A DNA stretch of 64,000 nt, from assembly GCA_964570655.1 (NCBI GenBank), contig CAZMYU010000001.1:1454-65453 (forward strand), read 5' to 3'. Under the pieces are notes generated by a model. It was given only the letters and a program-made list of their open reading frames with translations. It searched no databases and had not been told where the DNA came from. Both the position numbers and the translations under genes were made by a program. This document shows positions 1-9,480 of the stretch, piece after piece (position 1 is the stretch's first letter; each line of letters starts with the position of its first letter). The stretch comes from an uncultured Gammaproteobacteria bacterium (GTDB lineage Bacteria; Patescibacteriota; Patescibacteriia; Patescibacteriales; UBA12465).

Positions 1-320
1 TTGACCTTATTACTGCCAGCCGAGAAAAAATTAATAAACACAAAAACCAAACCGGTAATCAAAGCTAGCCCAGCGATAATTATCAGCACGCCCATTTGCC
101 GACTACTCAAATTAAATTTAGAACCATTTTTGACTTTGATTTCCGAGCCATCGTCACCACGAAAATAACTATCAAAACTAAAAGTTCCGGAATGATAATT
201 TTTCGGCATTTGACGAACTATAATAGTTTTAGAAATAGCCTCTTTAGGATTGAACTGATCAAGCCCCTCTTCAGATAGTAGGCTCTCGTCAGTTTTTGGC
301 TTATTGTCTTTACCAAACAT
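1..320 (-). CDS. hypothetical membrane protein, N-terminal part only (ORF runs off the left edge)
   Basis: My own minus-strand translation from the ATG at 320..318 gives MFGKDNKPKTDESLLSEEGLDQFNPKEAISK...SRQMGVLIIIAGLALITGLVFVFINFF, open to position 1. It has one hydrophobic helix and starts 7 nt after the stop of gene 328..1089. It is absent from the ORF track because it has no in-window stop. Confidence 0.5.
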   Translation of the reverse strand, partial: MFGKDNKPKTDESLLSEEGLDQFNPKEAISKTIIVRQMPKNYHSGTFSFDSYFRGDDGSEIKVKNGSKFNLSSRQMGVLIIIAGLALITGLVFVFINFFSAGSNKV

Positions 321-327
321 AAATATT

Positions 328-1089
328 TTATCTTAAAGCCGGAGTAGAGGTGGTCAATTTACCAGCTCCTCTCGGATTATAACCACTCTTGACTTCAGCG
401 CCATCCAAATAACCATCCCCATCGGTATCGGCTTTATTAGGATCAGTGCCATAAGTTTTAATTTCAATAAAATCACTCAAATCATCATTATCCGTATCGG
501 CTAATTTAGCATTAGTATTATACAATTTCACTTCTTCATAATCACTGAGCCCATCAGCGTCAGTATCCATTTTGGCTGGATCAGTACCCAGAAGCCGTTC
601 CTCCTCGTTAGTCAATCCGTCATTATCAGTATCAGCACTTGGTGAAGAGGTTGCTAGCAAACTGGAAGTAGCCGTGGTGGAGCTAGCTACTAGATCATTA
701 GAATTGATAGGAGTAGTAACCGGTCGAACTGGTAACGGCAATGTTGAATCAACTGGTAGTGGAGTACTAAAAAATTTAATATACAAAAAATACGCGATGG
801 CTAAAATAACAATAGCTCCCACCAAAATTATAATTAATGGCCTAATTTTTTTGAATTTATTTTTGGGAGACATCTCGGCTTCAGTCGAGGCGCTAAGCGC
901 TGGCGCCGAAGTCGCCGGAGTTACTGGTCGAAAAGGACCATTAGGGGAAATGCCTCGAGCTGGAGCACTCATTCCCGCTGGTGGCGGAGGAGGAGTGGTC
1001 GGAGGAGTTGGAGGAGTTGCCGAATTCTTTTCGGTATCAGCAAAAATGTCATCTACTTTTTGATTTTTTAAATCCAAATCATTAAACAT
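328..1089 (-). CDS. membrane-anchored protein with Pro-rich linker and thrombospondin type-3-like Ca-binding repeats
   Basis: 253-aa ORF with a Pro-rich stretch (TPPTPPTTPPPPP) and a TM helix (IRPLIIILVGAIVILAIAYFLYI). Repeated DxDxDGLxDxxE motifs follow (DTDNDGLTNEEE, DTDADGLSDYEE, DTDNDDLSDFIE, DTDGDGYLDGAE). Confidence 0.75.
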   Translation of the reverse strand: MFNDLDLKNQKVDDIFADTEKNSATPPTPPTTPPPPPAGMSAPARGISPNGPFRPVTPATSAPALSASTEAEMSPKNKFKKIRPLIIILVGAIVILAIAYFLYIKFFSTPLPVDSTLPLPVRPVTTPINSNDLVASSTTATSSLLATSSPSADTDNDGLTNEEERLLGTDPAKMDTDADGLSDYEEVKLYNTNAKLADTDNDDLSDFIEIKTYGTDPNKADTDGDGYLDGAEVKSGYNPRGAGKLTTSTPALR

Positions 1090-1147
1090 AATTTTATAAA
1101 TTAATAGTGATATTATTAATTATAACACTTATAACTCATAAATAAAA

Positions 1148-3970
1148 TTAATGGGTCCGCACGCAACGCACATAGTATTTTTCGTCAGTCAAAGAGCTGC
1201 TAGTAGCTACTGGCTGGCCATCTTTGCATTCAGTCAAAAGTAGCTCGGTACTGGTACTGCCCCTTTGAATCATGGTCGTTAAATCAAAAGTTCTAAAAAA
1301 TATTTCTTTATTGGGCAAACAAACATCATCATGTCCAGGGACGCCGGCCACCGGAGTATATGACAAAAATTTAACCGACTTCATCAAGTTTACAAATCTA
1401 GTACTCTGACCTAGATAACCCTTTTCTACATAACCACCCAAAAGAGCATTAAAACCAGAATCACCAGTTCCCTTCAAAAATTGACCAGCCGGATCACAAT
1501 CCCAGGCATTTAAACGACTGGTATTACATTTAAAACATTTTTGGGTGTTACTGTCGCAAGTATAGCCATTTGGACAGCCACTCGCACAACTATAATTTTG
1601 GGATGAGCTTAACTTTTCTAGAGCTCCCCAATCACTATCCCGAGCAATTCGATAACCAACCGGACAAAGAATGGCATCGCTCACTTCTGATTCAGAATAT
1701 AATCGGCCATAAGCCTCGCAATAATCATTTTGATCTCCATAGCAAGCTCCCAGTGGAATAGTTTTTTTATTAATGACCATATTAGGAACATTAATACTGT
1801 CAGCCAACCAACATTGACTACCAATCTTCACGGTTTTGTAATAGCCGCCTTGAGTTCTAAAATCACCACCCTCATCCCAAGGACCACCAGTAAATTTAAC
1901 CGTACTTATTCCACACTGGTCAATAATTTTCAACTTAAAGCTAATCTCATTTTGAGCACCATAATCATCAAGCGCTTTAATTTTAATATTAAAATCTCCC
2001 AATTGAGATGGTGCACCAGTTATGACTCCAGTATTTACATTACCCGACAATCCCGGGGGCAAACCCTCAAAACTATAGCGAGTATTATAATTAGCCGGAT
2101 TCAAATTAGTTGGCGCGCAAGAGTAGGTTTCTGAAAAACCAGCCTGAGTGGGGCACTTAATGTCCAATTTAGGCGGATTGGGTTTTATATTTATTTTAAA
2201 ATCTCGAGACCCAGAAATAGCATTGAAACCATCACGCAAATTCAAATGATAATTAATTGTTTTGTTTCCATTAAACAAAGTAGTTGGTAATAAATTGCCA
2301 TAAATATGCAAACGGTACATGACATTAGAATTATTTTCCCGACTTATTTCCAATTTCAATCCATTATTAATATTAGCGCAAGGAGTATTAATACCAGGAA
2401 GCCAAGGATCAGCCGAAGTTCCCTTACCACTAATCGTCTGACAGGCACTATTATTAATTACCGCCGTCGAAATAGTCGAACCAACAGATAATTCGATCCG
2501 ACTCAAATCATCTTGGCGAAAATACAAATTATAATCCAAAGCCTTAGAAGGATCGGCGCTCAAATAATAAGTAGCATCACTAGCCGTTATCACTGATTGC
2601 GAGCCACTAATATTTATATTCAAAATAGTAGTATAGCTGGCTCCCAATGAATCAGTAATAATCAATTTGACTTGATAAGAACCAGCTGAACCAGCTTTAG
2701 AAAAATAAATTATTTTTTGATTGGGATCGCTGGTGTTCTTAAGAGTTGGTGCTCCACTAAAAGAATAAGAAGTCCAAGGAACACTAGAGGAATCCAGACT
2801 AACAGTCATGGCCTGCCCTTCGGGATCCTTAAATTTCACATAACCCTTAAACTCTTGGCCCTGATAACCCTGCAAATTAGCACTCACGAGGGTCGGCGCT
2901 TGATTACCAGAGGCCCCAATTTTTAGTCCCGTAGTTGGACAATTAGACAAACTCAAATCATAACGACTACCATCAGCATTAATAGCCTCAAAATTGCCCT
3001 CCATGTTGGCACATAAATTATAGGTTTTGCCATTAGCCTCCACGGTATAGGCCATCGCCAAACTACCAGCTGGCAAAGTCAGATTACGACTATTGGTGCC
3101 ATTATAAAAACTCTTAGAAGAAACCTGATAACAACTAGCTTCATCCCAGCCAACTTCATTTTTGATGACTTCTGGTTTATCTGAGCAGACTCCTAGCTTG
3201 TTAACCGGATCAGCCAGGGCCACACCTACTTCTTGATTGAAAACTGTCTGCCAAGAAGGCCAAGTCGAAATAACTGCTTGCGGCAAATAAGTGCCCGCGT
3301 TTAAAACCGGAAATTTTCCATAGCGATTACGATAATTATCTAAAGCAACTTTATAAGTATTGAGCGTTCCCAAGCGCTTAATATCTCTAATTAGTTTGGC
3401 TTTTTGACTGTCACAAAAATAATTTGGGCCACAATCTGAATCCAGCGTACATCCCACCGGACTCTGACAAACACCTACATGTTCGTCGTTAGATCCAAAA
3501 CAAGTATAGCCACTTAGACAATCAGAGTCACTTAGACATTTTTTTAGTGGCAAAGAACAATGCGGAGCACTAGTTTCTACCAAATTACTATTAAACTTCC
3601 AGGTGCTCAAAATTTTTCCAAAGATATCCGTGGTATTATTATCAGCATTCTCATTATAGGTAATAATATAAATATTAAAATAAACCTGAGGCACTGAGCC
3701 AGTCACCAAATTAGTAGCCGCCACATAGACCGTCCGGTTATCTCGAATAGCCTCATAACCATCCACTAGCATGGCCTGAGGTGAGCCTTTAAAATTTTGG
3801 GCTTGGTACCACTGGCTAATACTCAAAAAATCATAATTGGGCACAATCCGAATAGCCACCGCATCTTTACTAGAAGCATCCAAGGTATTGCTTTGGGCCG
3901 TAGCTTTAAAGATACCCAAAAACATCGCCCCTAGCATTAGCCCAGACAAAAATATAATTTTTATTTTCAT
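1148..3970 (-). CDS. secreted 940-aa Cys-rich protein with internal pilin-like domain, Ig-like repeat and C-terminal FISUMP (Fibrobacter succinogenes major paralogous) domain
   Basis: Signal peptide MKIKIIFLSGLMLGAMFLGIFKATA. Internal motif IRDIKRLGTLNTYKVALDNYRNRYGKFP resembles the globular-domain start of the two pilins in this window. LPPGLSGNVNTGVITGAP is a He_PIG-like Ig motif. The C-terminal FISUMP signature reads YKTVKIGSQCWLADSINV...YGRLYSESEV...CPVGYRIARDSDW...SGFNALLGG...YYVRCVR. Confidence 0.85.
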   Translation of the reverse strand: MKIKIIFLSGLMLGAMFLGIFKATAQSNTLDASSKDAVAIRIVPNYDFLSISQWYQAQNFKGSPQAMLVDGYEAIRDNRTVYVAATNLVTGSVPQVYFNIYIITYNENADNNTTDIFGKILSTWKFNSNLVETSAPHCSLPLKKCLSDSDCLSGYTCFGSNDEHVGVCQSPVGCTLDSDCGPNYFCDSQKAKLIRDIKRLGTLNTYKVALDNYRNRYGKFPVLNAGTYLPQAVISTWPSWQTVFNQEVGVALADPVNKLGVCSDKPEVIKNEVGWDEASCYQVSSKSFYNGTNSRNLTLPAGSLAMAYTVEANGKTYNLCANMEGNFEAINADGSRYDLSLSNCPTTGLKIGASGNQAPTLVSANLQGYQGQEFKGYVKFKDPEGQAMTVSLDSSSVPWTSYSFSGAPTLKNTSDPNQKIIYFSKAGSAGSYQVKLIITDSLGASYTTILNINISGSQSVITASDATYYLSADPSKALDYNLYFRQDDLSRIELSVGSTISTAVINNSACQTISGKGTSADPWLPGINTPCANINNGLKLEISRENNSNVMYRLHIYGNLLPTTLFNGNKTINYHLNLRDGFNAISGSRDFKINIKPNPPKLDIKCPTQAGFSETYSCAPTNLNPANYNTRYSFEGLPPGLSGNVNTGVITGAPSQLGDFNIKIKALDDYGAQNEISFKLKIIDQCGISTVKFTGGPWDEGGDFRTQGGYYKTVKIGSQCWLADSINVPNMVINKKTIPLGACYGDQNDYCEAYGRLYSESEVSDAILCPVGYRIARDSDWGALEKLSSSQNYSCASGCPNGYTCDSNTQKCFKCNTSRLNAWDCDPAGQFLKGTGDSGFNALLGGYVEKGYLGQSTRFVNLMKSVKFLSYTPVAGVPGHDDVCLPNKEIFFRTFDLTTMIQRGSTSTELLLTECKDGQPVATSSSLTDEKYYVRCVRTH

Positions 3971-3979
3971 ATTAGCAAA

Positions 3980-6900
3980 TTATTTTTTCTTAAATAGATA
4001 AGATTCTTTTAAGATATCCCACAAACAAACCGCCACAGCAGGGTTAGGACAATCCAAATTGCTTTTACATTCAATAGTTTTATCATTAGAGCAAACTTTG
4101 CGACTAGAGCGACCAATACTTATAATTTCTTGACCACTCGATAGCGGAGGCAGATCGTCCAAAGTCGAATTGGGATCACCAGCATCCCGACAATAATAAA
4201 ATTCGTAATTAAAATTATTACAAGCGCCGCCGCCAGCATTGCAAGCATCCGTATCTTTGGCTGGCTGCCAAAAATCATTATTAACTAGTGGTGGCCAAGG
4301 ATTGCTACAGACAAATACCTTAATTGGAATAGTCTTATCTTTGTCCGGAGTGCTAATAATATTAGTCTTAGTATCCATTTTTAGCGAAGCTGTTAAATAA
4401 GTCGCCTTATCACTGACCCCACCTTCAACTTTGACCAATTTTTTACTAGAATCAAAACCCGCCACATTTATAAAACTCAAATATTTCGGATCAGCAATGC
4501 TAAAATTCCAAGTCCAACTATAATTGCTAGTGGGCACAAGAATCTGACCATCTTTGGCCACAGCATGAGCACTAAACACTCTGTCTCGATCAGAAACGGT
4601 ATCAAAGGTTTTGTCGGCTGGTTCAATATCATTCTCGCTCAGATCGTTAGTATTTTTATTAAACAAATAAGTACTGGGAGAAATACTCACCCGATCAACC
4701 ACACATAAACCCGAATTAGCCGAAGAGCTTTTAAGAGTTTTGAAACGGAAAATATGAGAATTATAAAAACTCTGAGTATCAGTCAGACGCACCATTAGTC
4801 CCTGACCACTAGGGTCATAAAAATATTCTTTGTTTGGGTCAACCTGATAAAGTCCTAAACCTGACAAACTCACGCCCTCAAAACTCATCACCCCACTCTG
4901 ACCATTTTTGGTATTATTAATATCACTGGGTCCTCTGACCACCACAAAATATTCCGTATCGCCAGTTAATAATCTTCCGGGTACCAAACTAGCAATGGTT
5001 TGACCATTTAAAACCTCAGCATTAATACTGCCAGGAATCACACAATAAGTAGCGTTTTCACTAGGATCAATTTTAATAGCCCAAGCCGTTTGCACGCCCA
5101 CAAAACGAGCCAAAGTTTTAAACTGGGCATCTAAACTTTTTACTATTTTATTAATTATCCGTTTCCACCAATGATCAGTATAAACTAAATTGCTAGAATT
5201 ATTGGCATCGGTCAATTTATAAGATCCAGCTGGGCAAGTTGCGCCAGATTTATGTTTTTCTAATAAAATAATATTACTAGCCAGACTACGATTATCCATT
5301 TTAGAATCAAAAGGAATACTGATCGCGGCGTTACGACAAATATTTTCACTATCCGGCCGCGGAATAGTTTGATCAGCCAAAACTGTTGGCCGAGCATGAC
5401 AACAAGAATCAGTCGCACAACCACTAGCCAAATTATTTCCGCACTCTGAGTCCGCCTGGCATCCACAACAGAGTCCTCGACCACCGCCGGAGCAAGGAGT
5501 TTTATTGGCTTGACAAGATAATTTTAAATTTAGACCCCGACAGGCATCATAATTAGCCAAGTCTAGGGGATCACTACCTTTTTTACTAGGATCACAACAA
5601 CAAAAACCACAATCCGGAGTAGCCCCGCTGGCTCCGCTAGCTTGAAAACAACCAAACGGAGCTCCACAAGACGAAGCACTACAAGCGGCCTGGGGATCAA
5701 AAATATTAGTACTGCATAAACTACCTAGCTTAGGATTTTGACAGCCACTGGTGCACGAAGCTTGGGTTTTATAAAGACCCGTGGTTTGGGGATTGGCTAA
5801 ATCACATTTATCTTTGTTAACACCAGTCTGACAAGAATAATAAGCACATTTTCCTTTGTCCGGAGAATTAGGATCGCTAATCTTATCACCCGAACGACAA
5901 ACATTGGGCTTAGCCCCTTCGTCAAAACAACAGCCAGGAGTGGCCCGACAATCACCCTCATCAGTTTTGGTCGCACAAATATAATTGGTATTATTATTGC
6001 TCTTGCAACCCGAACTACAATCAGCTTCAGTTTTATAAATAAATCCTTGGTTTAAATTATAAATACTGGCCGCACTCGCGCTCGAATTACAAGAAGTAGT
6101 CGGAACACTCGTGCCATCACCACAACCCAAATAAGCACAATGACCATAATTGGGCTTGGTATTATCAGTAAATTTAATATTTCCTACTACTCCACGACAA
6201 AGACCGGTGCCATTATTTTCTTTATCGTCCCAACAACAGGTGCTAGCATGATCAGCGCAGTCCGTCGCATTTTTCAAAGTGGTACAATCCTGACAAACAC
6301 CATCACTATTATCAGCTTGGCAAAACTTGCCCGAACTAGTACTACAATTACAAGCTGCATCTCGAGTGCTCGAATTATTTCCAGCCGAAAAGCAACCACC
6401 GCATTTTCCAAATCCCGCCCCATCATCGGAGGTATCACTACCACAAGTTCCCTTGCATTTAAGCGGCGCACAACAATCCCGAGCATCTTGACCGATTTCA
6501 CAACAACAAGAACAACTAGCCTTGTCTTCAGCGAGACATTGGCTACCATCGCAAGTGGAGCCACTAGGACAAACCGCTGTGGGGGCCACACAAACTCCTC
6601 GACCCTCATTATTTAGACAGGTAAAACCGGTATCACAAATATCGCAAGTCTCATTATCCGAAACACAAACTCCGCCACCCAAGTTTTTCCAATTAGAGGG
6701 GCAAGAGCCACTGACTTTAATTTGCCATTTTTTCTGAGCATTACAAAATTTGGTCGTTTTATATTCTTTGGTCCCTAAAGTATAAGAAAAATCCGTGGCC
6801 AAATCACAAGTACCGCTGGCCACACAACGATTTAATTGTTTATCTAAAGTACATAAATCCTTATTACAAATCTTGATTGAATTACAAGAGGAATCACAGG

Positions 6901-9403
6901 TCCCCACCACTTTCTGGGCCCCGCCGGCATAAGGCGAACACTGACCGGGAGAATTCGGACAAAAACCAGTTGGGCAAGAACCACTAGTACTACCCTTTTG
7001 CTCACAACTATAAAAAGGTTGAGCACATTTGCAAGTGAGCGCGTCACAAGTTAGACCCGACTGACAGTCTTTATTGTTGGGCTGACATTTACCAGTTTGA
7101 GTGCTACCACAAGCCTGACCCAAGCCCCCGCAATTTACACCGCTACAAGGCACACAAGTACAACCCGCCGCAGCATCGCACTTCATTCCCTGGCCACAAC
7201 GTTGATTGTCGGCCTCACAAGCTGCGGTAGACGGATCGCTATCACAGCTGCTATAAATCGCGGTATCAAAACCCCACTGATAAACGGAATGAAAAATATT
7301 TAAGTAACAGCCATTTTGAGAATCGAATAAAGACGCGGCGCATTGACCAGCCTTAGGGCTGCCCTTCGGACAACATAAAGGTGAGGCTCCGCCACAATCA
7401 TTATTACTAGAACAAGAGCCCACCAAAAAATTCAAGCCATTACCAATTTGATTATTTTTGACCACAGCGACCGGCCCGGTTAAAGATTTTTGCGGAACGC
7501 GTACGGCTATTTTTTGAGCGCCATTTTCTAAGGCAATAGTACTGCCAATATCTTGAGTATTATAAAAACGAGCTATAGCTAATTGATTATTTTCACCAAA
7601 ATATTCTCCATACAAACTCACCAAAGAATTAGCCGGACCTTTGGCTGGTTCAACCTTGCACAAACTCGGAAGCAAAGCAGTAGCCGAGTTAAAAGCAAAA
7701 TAATCTTTAGAAATTATTTCGGCTTGTCCTTCAATTTTTATTTTCAAACTATAATTACCATTAGCTGTTAATTTTGGCACCTTCACAATAATTTGATTGT
7801 CTGTCCAAACATCTCGCAAGCAAGCGGCTGGGAAACTATAATCAGCTTCTAGATCACCACCTCCACCGGAAAAATAAACCGTACTCTGACCTTTTTGACT
7901 CTTAAAACCAGTGCCAGAAATAGTCACATACTGACTGGCTGGCCCGCTCTTGGGTTCAAAACTAGAAATAGCCGGCCCCTTGGCTGGCTCCTTATCTTTA
8001 TAAAAATCAAGGCTATTACTAAAAGTTTGAGCTCCAGAATTGAGAACAAACACACTAGTCCGGCCCGAATTAATGTTGGGGACTCTAAAATCACCACTGA
8101 GACCATTGCCGTTCAAACTGGTACTAGGGGCTAAAAATTTGTTATTTAGATTGCCAAAATAAACCTGACCAAGCAAATTGGTACCAAACAATAATATTTG
8201 GTCCCCCAATAATCCATGGCTAGGTTCTAGTCGACACACGCCCGGACGTTTGATACTAGAATATTTAAAATCATCAAATTTGGGACCGCTAGCATCATTA
8301 CTAATATCAAAATTATTATTAAGTAAATCGCCATTAATAACTTCGAGTGGACCACTAGGAGCATTATCAGGAATAGCGACAGTAATTTCATTGTTGGACC
8401 AAGAATTAACAGCTAGACATTGACCATTAACCACGCTCGGGTCGACTCCTTCTTTATCATCACTGGCATCACCAGCATCACCCAAAAAAATAAGCTTCTT
8501 ATTACCCCAAGAAGATGAACTGGTCGCTAAATTACCAAAATTATAACCACTAATCGTTAAAAAATTATTAGCCGTGCCATTAGGATTATTAATATTACAA
8601 GGACCACTACCAGCACAATCGCCATCACTTAGACAGGCCTTGTCTAAATCACCTTGGCAAAAATTACCTTGCGGAGAAATACCAGTGATCACCGGCTGTC
8701 CCAAACAGGTGCAAGAATCAGGGTCACACTTGAGCCCCTGAGAAGAATCACAGGCTTGATCATTGGGCTGACAAGTTGCCCCACTCACATCATTATTACA
8801 AGCCTCGCCAAAATCACCAGGACCTTGGCTGCAATTTGGCCCGGTACACGGCACACAAGTACAAGAAACTGGCGAGCAAGAAAGCCCAGCCTGACAAGCT
8901 CCAGCCTGACAACCAATAGTCAAACTATTATCATCGCAACTAGCACCAGCACAACCAGGACCACTGCAAGGAATAATCTGACAATTACCACCAGGACAAT
9001 TTATTGGATCATTAGCATCACCAGGATTAGCCACGGACTTATTTAGAAAGCCTAGAACAAACAGAGCAATACCCCAAGAAGCTAGGACAATCGCCAAACC
9101 AATTGCTCCGGCTCTCAACATATTTTTGGCTTCGGTAATTTTTTCTTCATTGCCGGCCGACGAAGTCCATTTGAAACCAGCGAGGACCATAATACCAACA
9201 GCCAAAACTCCCAAAAACATCATGGCAATATTTATAATCCGCGAGGCAATAGCCCGAGGATCACTGCCGGATAATTGAATAGCACCGTTTATCTCGTTGG
9301 TACCAGTATCAACAGCCAAAACAGTTTTAACAAAAGCCAAAACACCTATTACAAATAATAGGCTAAAAAACAATAAAAATTGCCGCTGTTTGGTCATGCT
9401 CAA
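3980..9403 (-). CDS. giant (1807 aa) Cys-rich surface protein: VirB2/TrbC-like pilin membrane module + IPT/TIG repeats + Cys-knot-like modules
   Basis: Signal/TM at the N-terminus, then a two-helix module: IINIAMMFLGVLAVGIMVLAGFKWTSSAGNEEKITEAKNMLRAGAIGLAIVLASWGIALFVLGFL. This matches the pattern of the small T4SS-pilin-like proteins common in CPR. About 130 Cys by my manual count. A duplicated module is present (CTCVPCTGPNC.. / CTCVPCSGVNC..). At least four IPT/TIG-like units are visible (e.g. GPAISSFEPKSGPASQYVTISGTGF). Confidence 0.85.
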   Translation of the reverse strand: MSMTKQRQFLLFFSLLFVIGVLAFVKTVLAVDTGTNEINGAIQLSGSDPRAIASRIINIAMMFLGVLAVGIMVLAGFKWTSSAGNEEKITEAKNMLRAGAIGLAIVLASWGIALFVLGFLNKSVANPGDANDPINCPGGNCQIIPCSGPGCAGASCDDNSLTIGCQAGACQAGLSCSPVSCTCVPCTGPNCSQGPGDFGEACNNDVSGATCQPNDQACDSSQGLKCDPDSCTCLGQPVITGISPQGNFCQGDLDKACLSDGDCAGSGPCNINNPNGTANNFLTISGYNFGNLATSSSSWGNKKLIFLGDAGDASDDKEGVDPSVVNGQCLAVNSWSNNEITVAIPDNAPSGPLEVINGDLLNNNFDISNDASGPKFDDFKYSSIKRPGVCRLEPSHGLLGDQILLFGTNLLGQVYFGNLNNKFLAPSTSLNGNGLSGDFRVPNINSGRTSVFVLNSGAQTFSNSLDFYKDKEPAKGPAISSFEPKSGPASQYVTISGTGFKSQKGQSTVYFSGGGGDLEADYSFPAACLRDVWTDNQIIVKVPKLTANGNYSLKIKIEGQAEIISKDYFAFNSATALLPSLCKVEPAKGPANSLVSLYGEYFGENNQLAIARFYNTQDIGSTIALENGAQKIAVRVPQKSLTGPVAVVKNNQIGNGLNFLVGSCSSNNDCGGASPLCCPKGSPKAGQCAASLFDSQNGCYLNIFHSVYQWGFDTAIYSSCDSDPSTAACEADNQRCGQGMKCDAAAGCTCVPCSGVNCGGLGQACGSTQTGKCQPNNKDCQSGLTCDALTCKCAQPFYSCEQKGSTSGSCPTGFCPNSPGQCSPYAGGAQKVVGTCDSSCNSIKICNKDLCTLDKQLNRCVASGTCDLATDFSYTLGTKEYKTTKFCNAQKKWQIKVSGSCPSNWKNLGGGVCVSDNETCDICDTGFTCLNNEGRGVCVAPTAVCPSGSTCDGSQCLAEDKASCSCCCEIGQDARDCCAPLKCKGTCGSDTSDDGAGFGKCGGCFSAGNNSSTRDAACNCSTSSGKFCQADNSDGVCQDCTTLKNATDCADHASTCCWDDKENNGTGLCRGVVGNIKFTDNTKPNYGHCAYLGCGDGTSVPTTSCNSSASAASIYNLNQGFIYKTEADCSSGCKSNNNTNYICATKTDEGDCRATPGCCFDEGAKPNVCRSGDKISDPNSPDKGKCAYYSCQTGVNKDKCDLANPQTTGLYKTQASCTSGCQNPKLGSLCSTNIFDPQAACSASSCGAPFGCFQASGASGATPDCGFCCCDPSKKGSDPLDLANYDACRGLNLKLSCQANKTPCSGGGRGLCCGCQADSECGNNLASGCATDSCCHARPTVLADQTIPRPDSENICRNAAISIPFDSKMDNRSLASNIILLEKHKSGATCPAGSYKLTDANNSSNLVYTDHWWKRIINKIVKSLDAQFKTLARFVGVQTAWAIKIDPSENATYCVIPGSINAEVLNGQTIASLVPGRLLTGDTEYFVVVRGPSDINNTKNGQSGVMSFEGVSLSGLGLYQVDPNKEYFYDPSGQGLMVRLTDTQSFYNSHIFRFKTLKSSSANSGLCVVDRVSISPSTYLFNKNTNDLSENDIEPADKTFDTVSDRDRVFSAHAVAKDGQILVPTSNYSWTWNFSIADPKYLSFINVAGFDSSKKLVKVEGGVSDKATYLTASLKMDTKTNIISTPDKDKTIPIKVFVCSNPWPPLVNNDFWQPAKDTDACNAGGGACNNFNYEFYYCRDAGDPNSTLDDLPPLSSGQEIISIGRSSRKVCSNDKTIECKSNLDCPNPAVAVCLWDILKESYLFKKK

Positions 9404-9480
9404 GGAAAAATATTATTATTTACTTTCTTCTCTTTTTGTATTAAAATTATACCACAAATGATGAATAAGCAAAAGGGTTT

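Noticed and set aside
96-278. 60-aa plus-strand ORF at the left edge
   Set aside because: It is antisense to a longer minus-strand ORF that starts at 320, has a TM helix, and is positioned 7 nt downstream of the previous gene.
572-9046. Numerous antisense or out-of-frame ORFs inside the surface-protein genes (e.g. 572..1063 +, 1730..2134 +, 6140..6616 +, 6274..6609 -, 8654..9046 +)
   Set aside because: All are nested in much longer ORFs with recognisable domains, and their translations are low-complexity. The same reasoning applies to nested ORFs elsewhere in the track (e.g. 10042..10323, 13524..13859, 28034..28378, 36513..37244, 45728..46105, 54129..54609).
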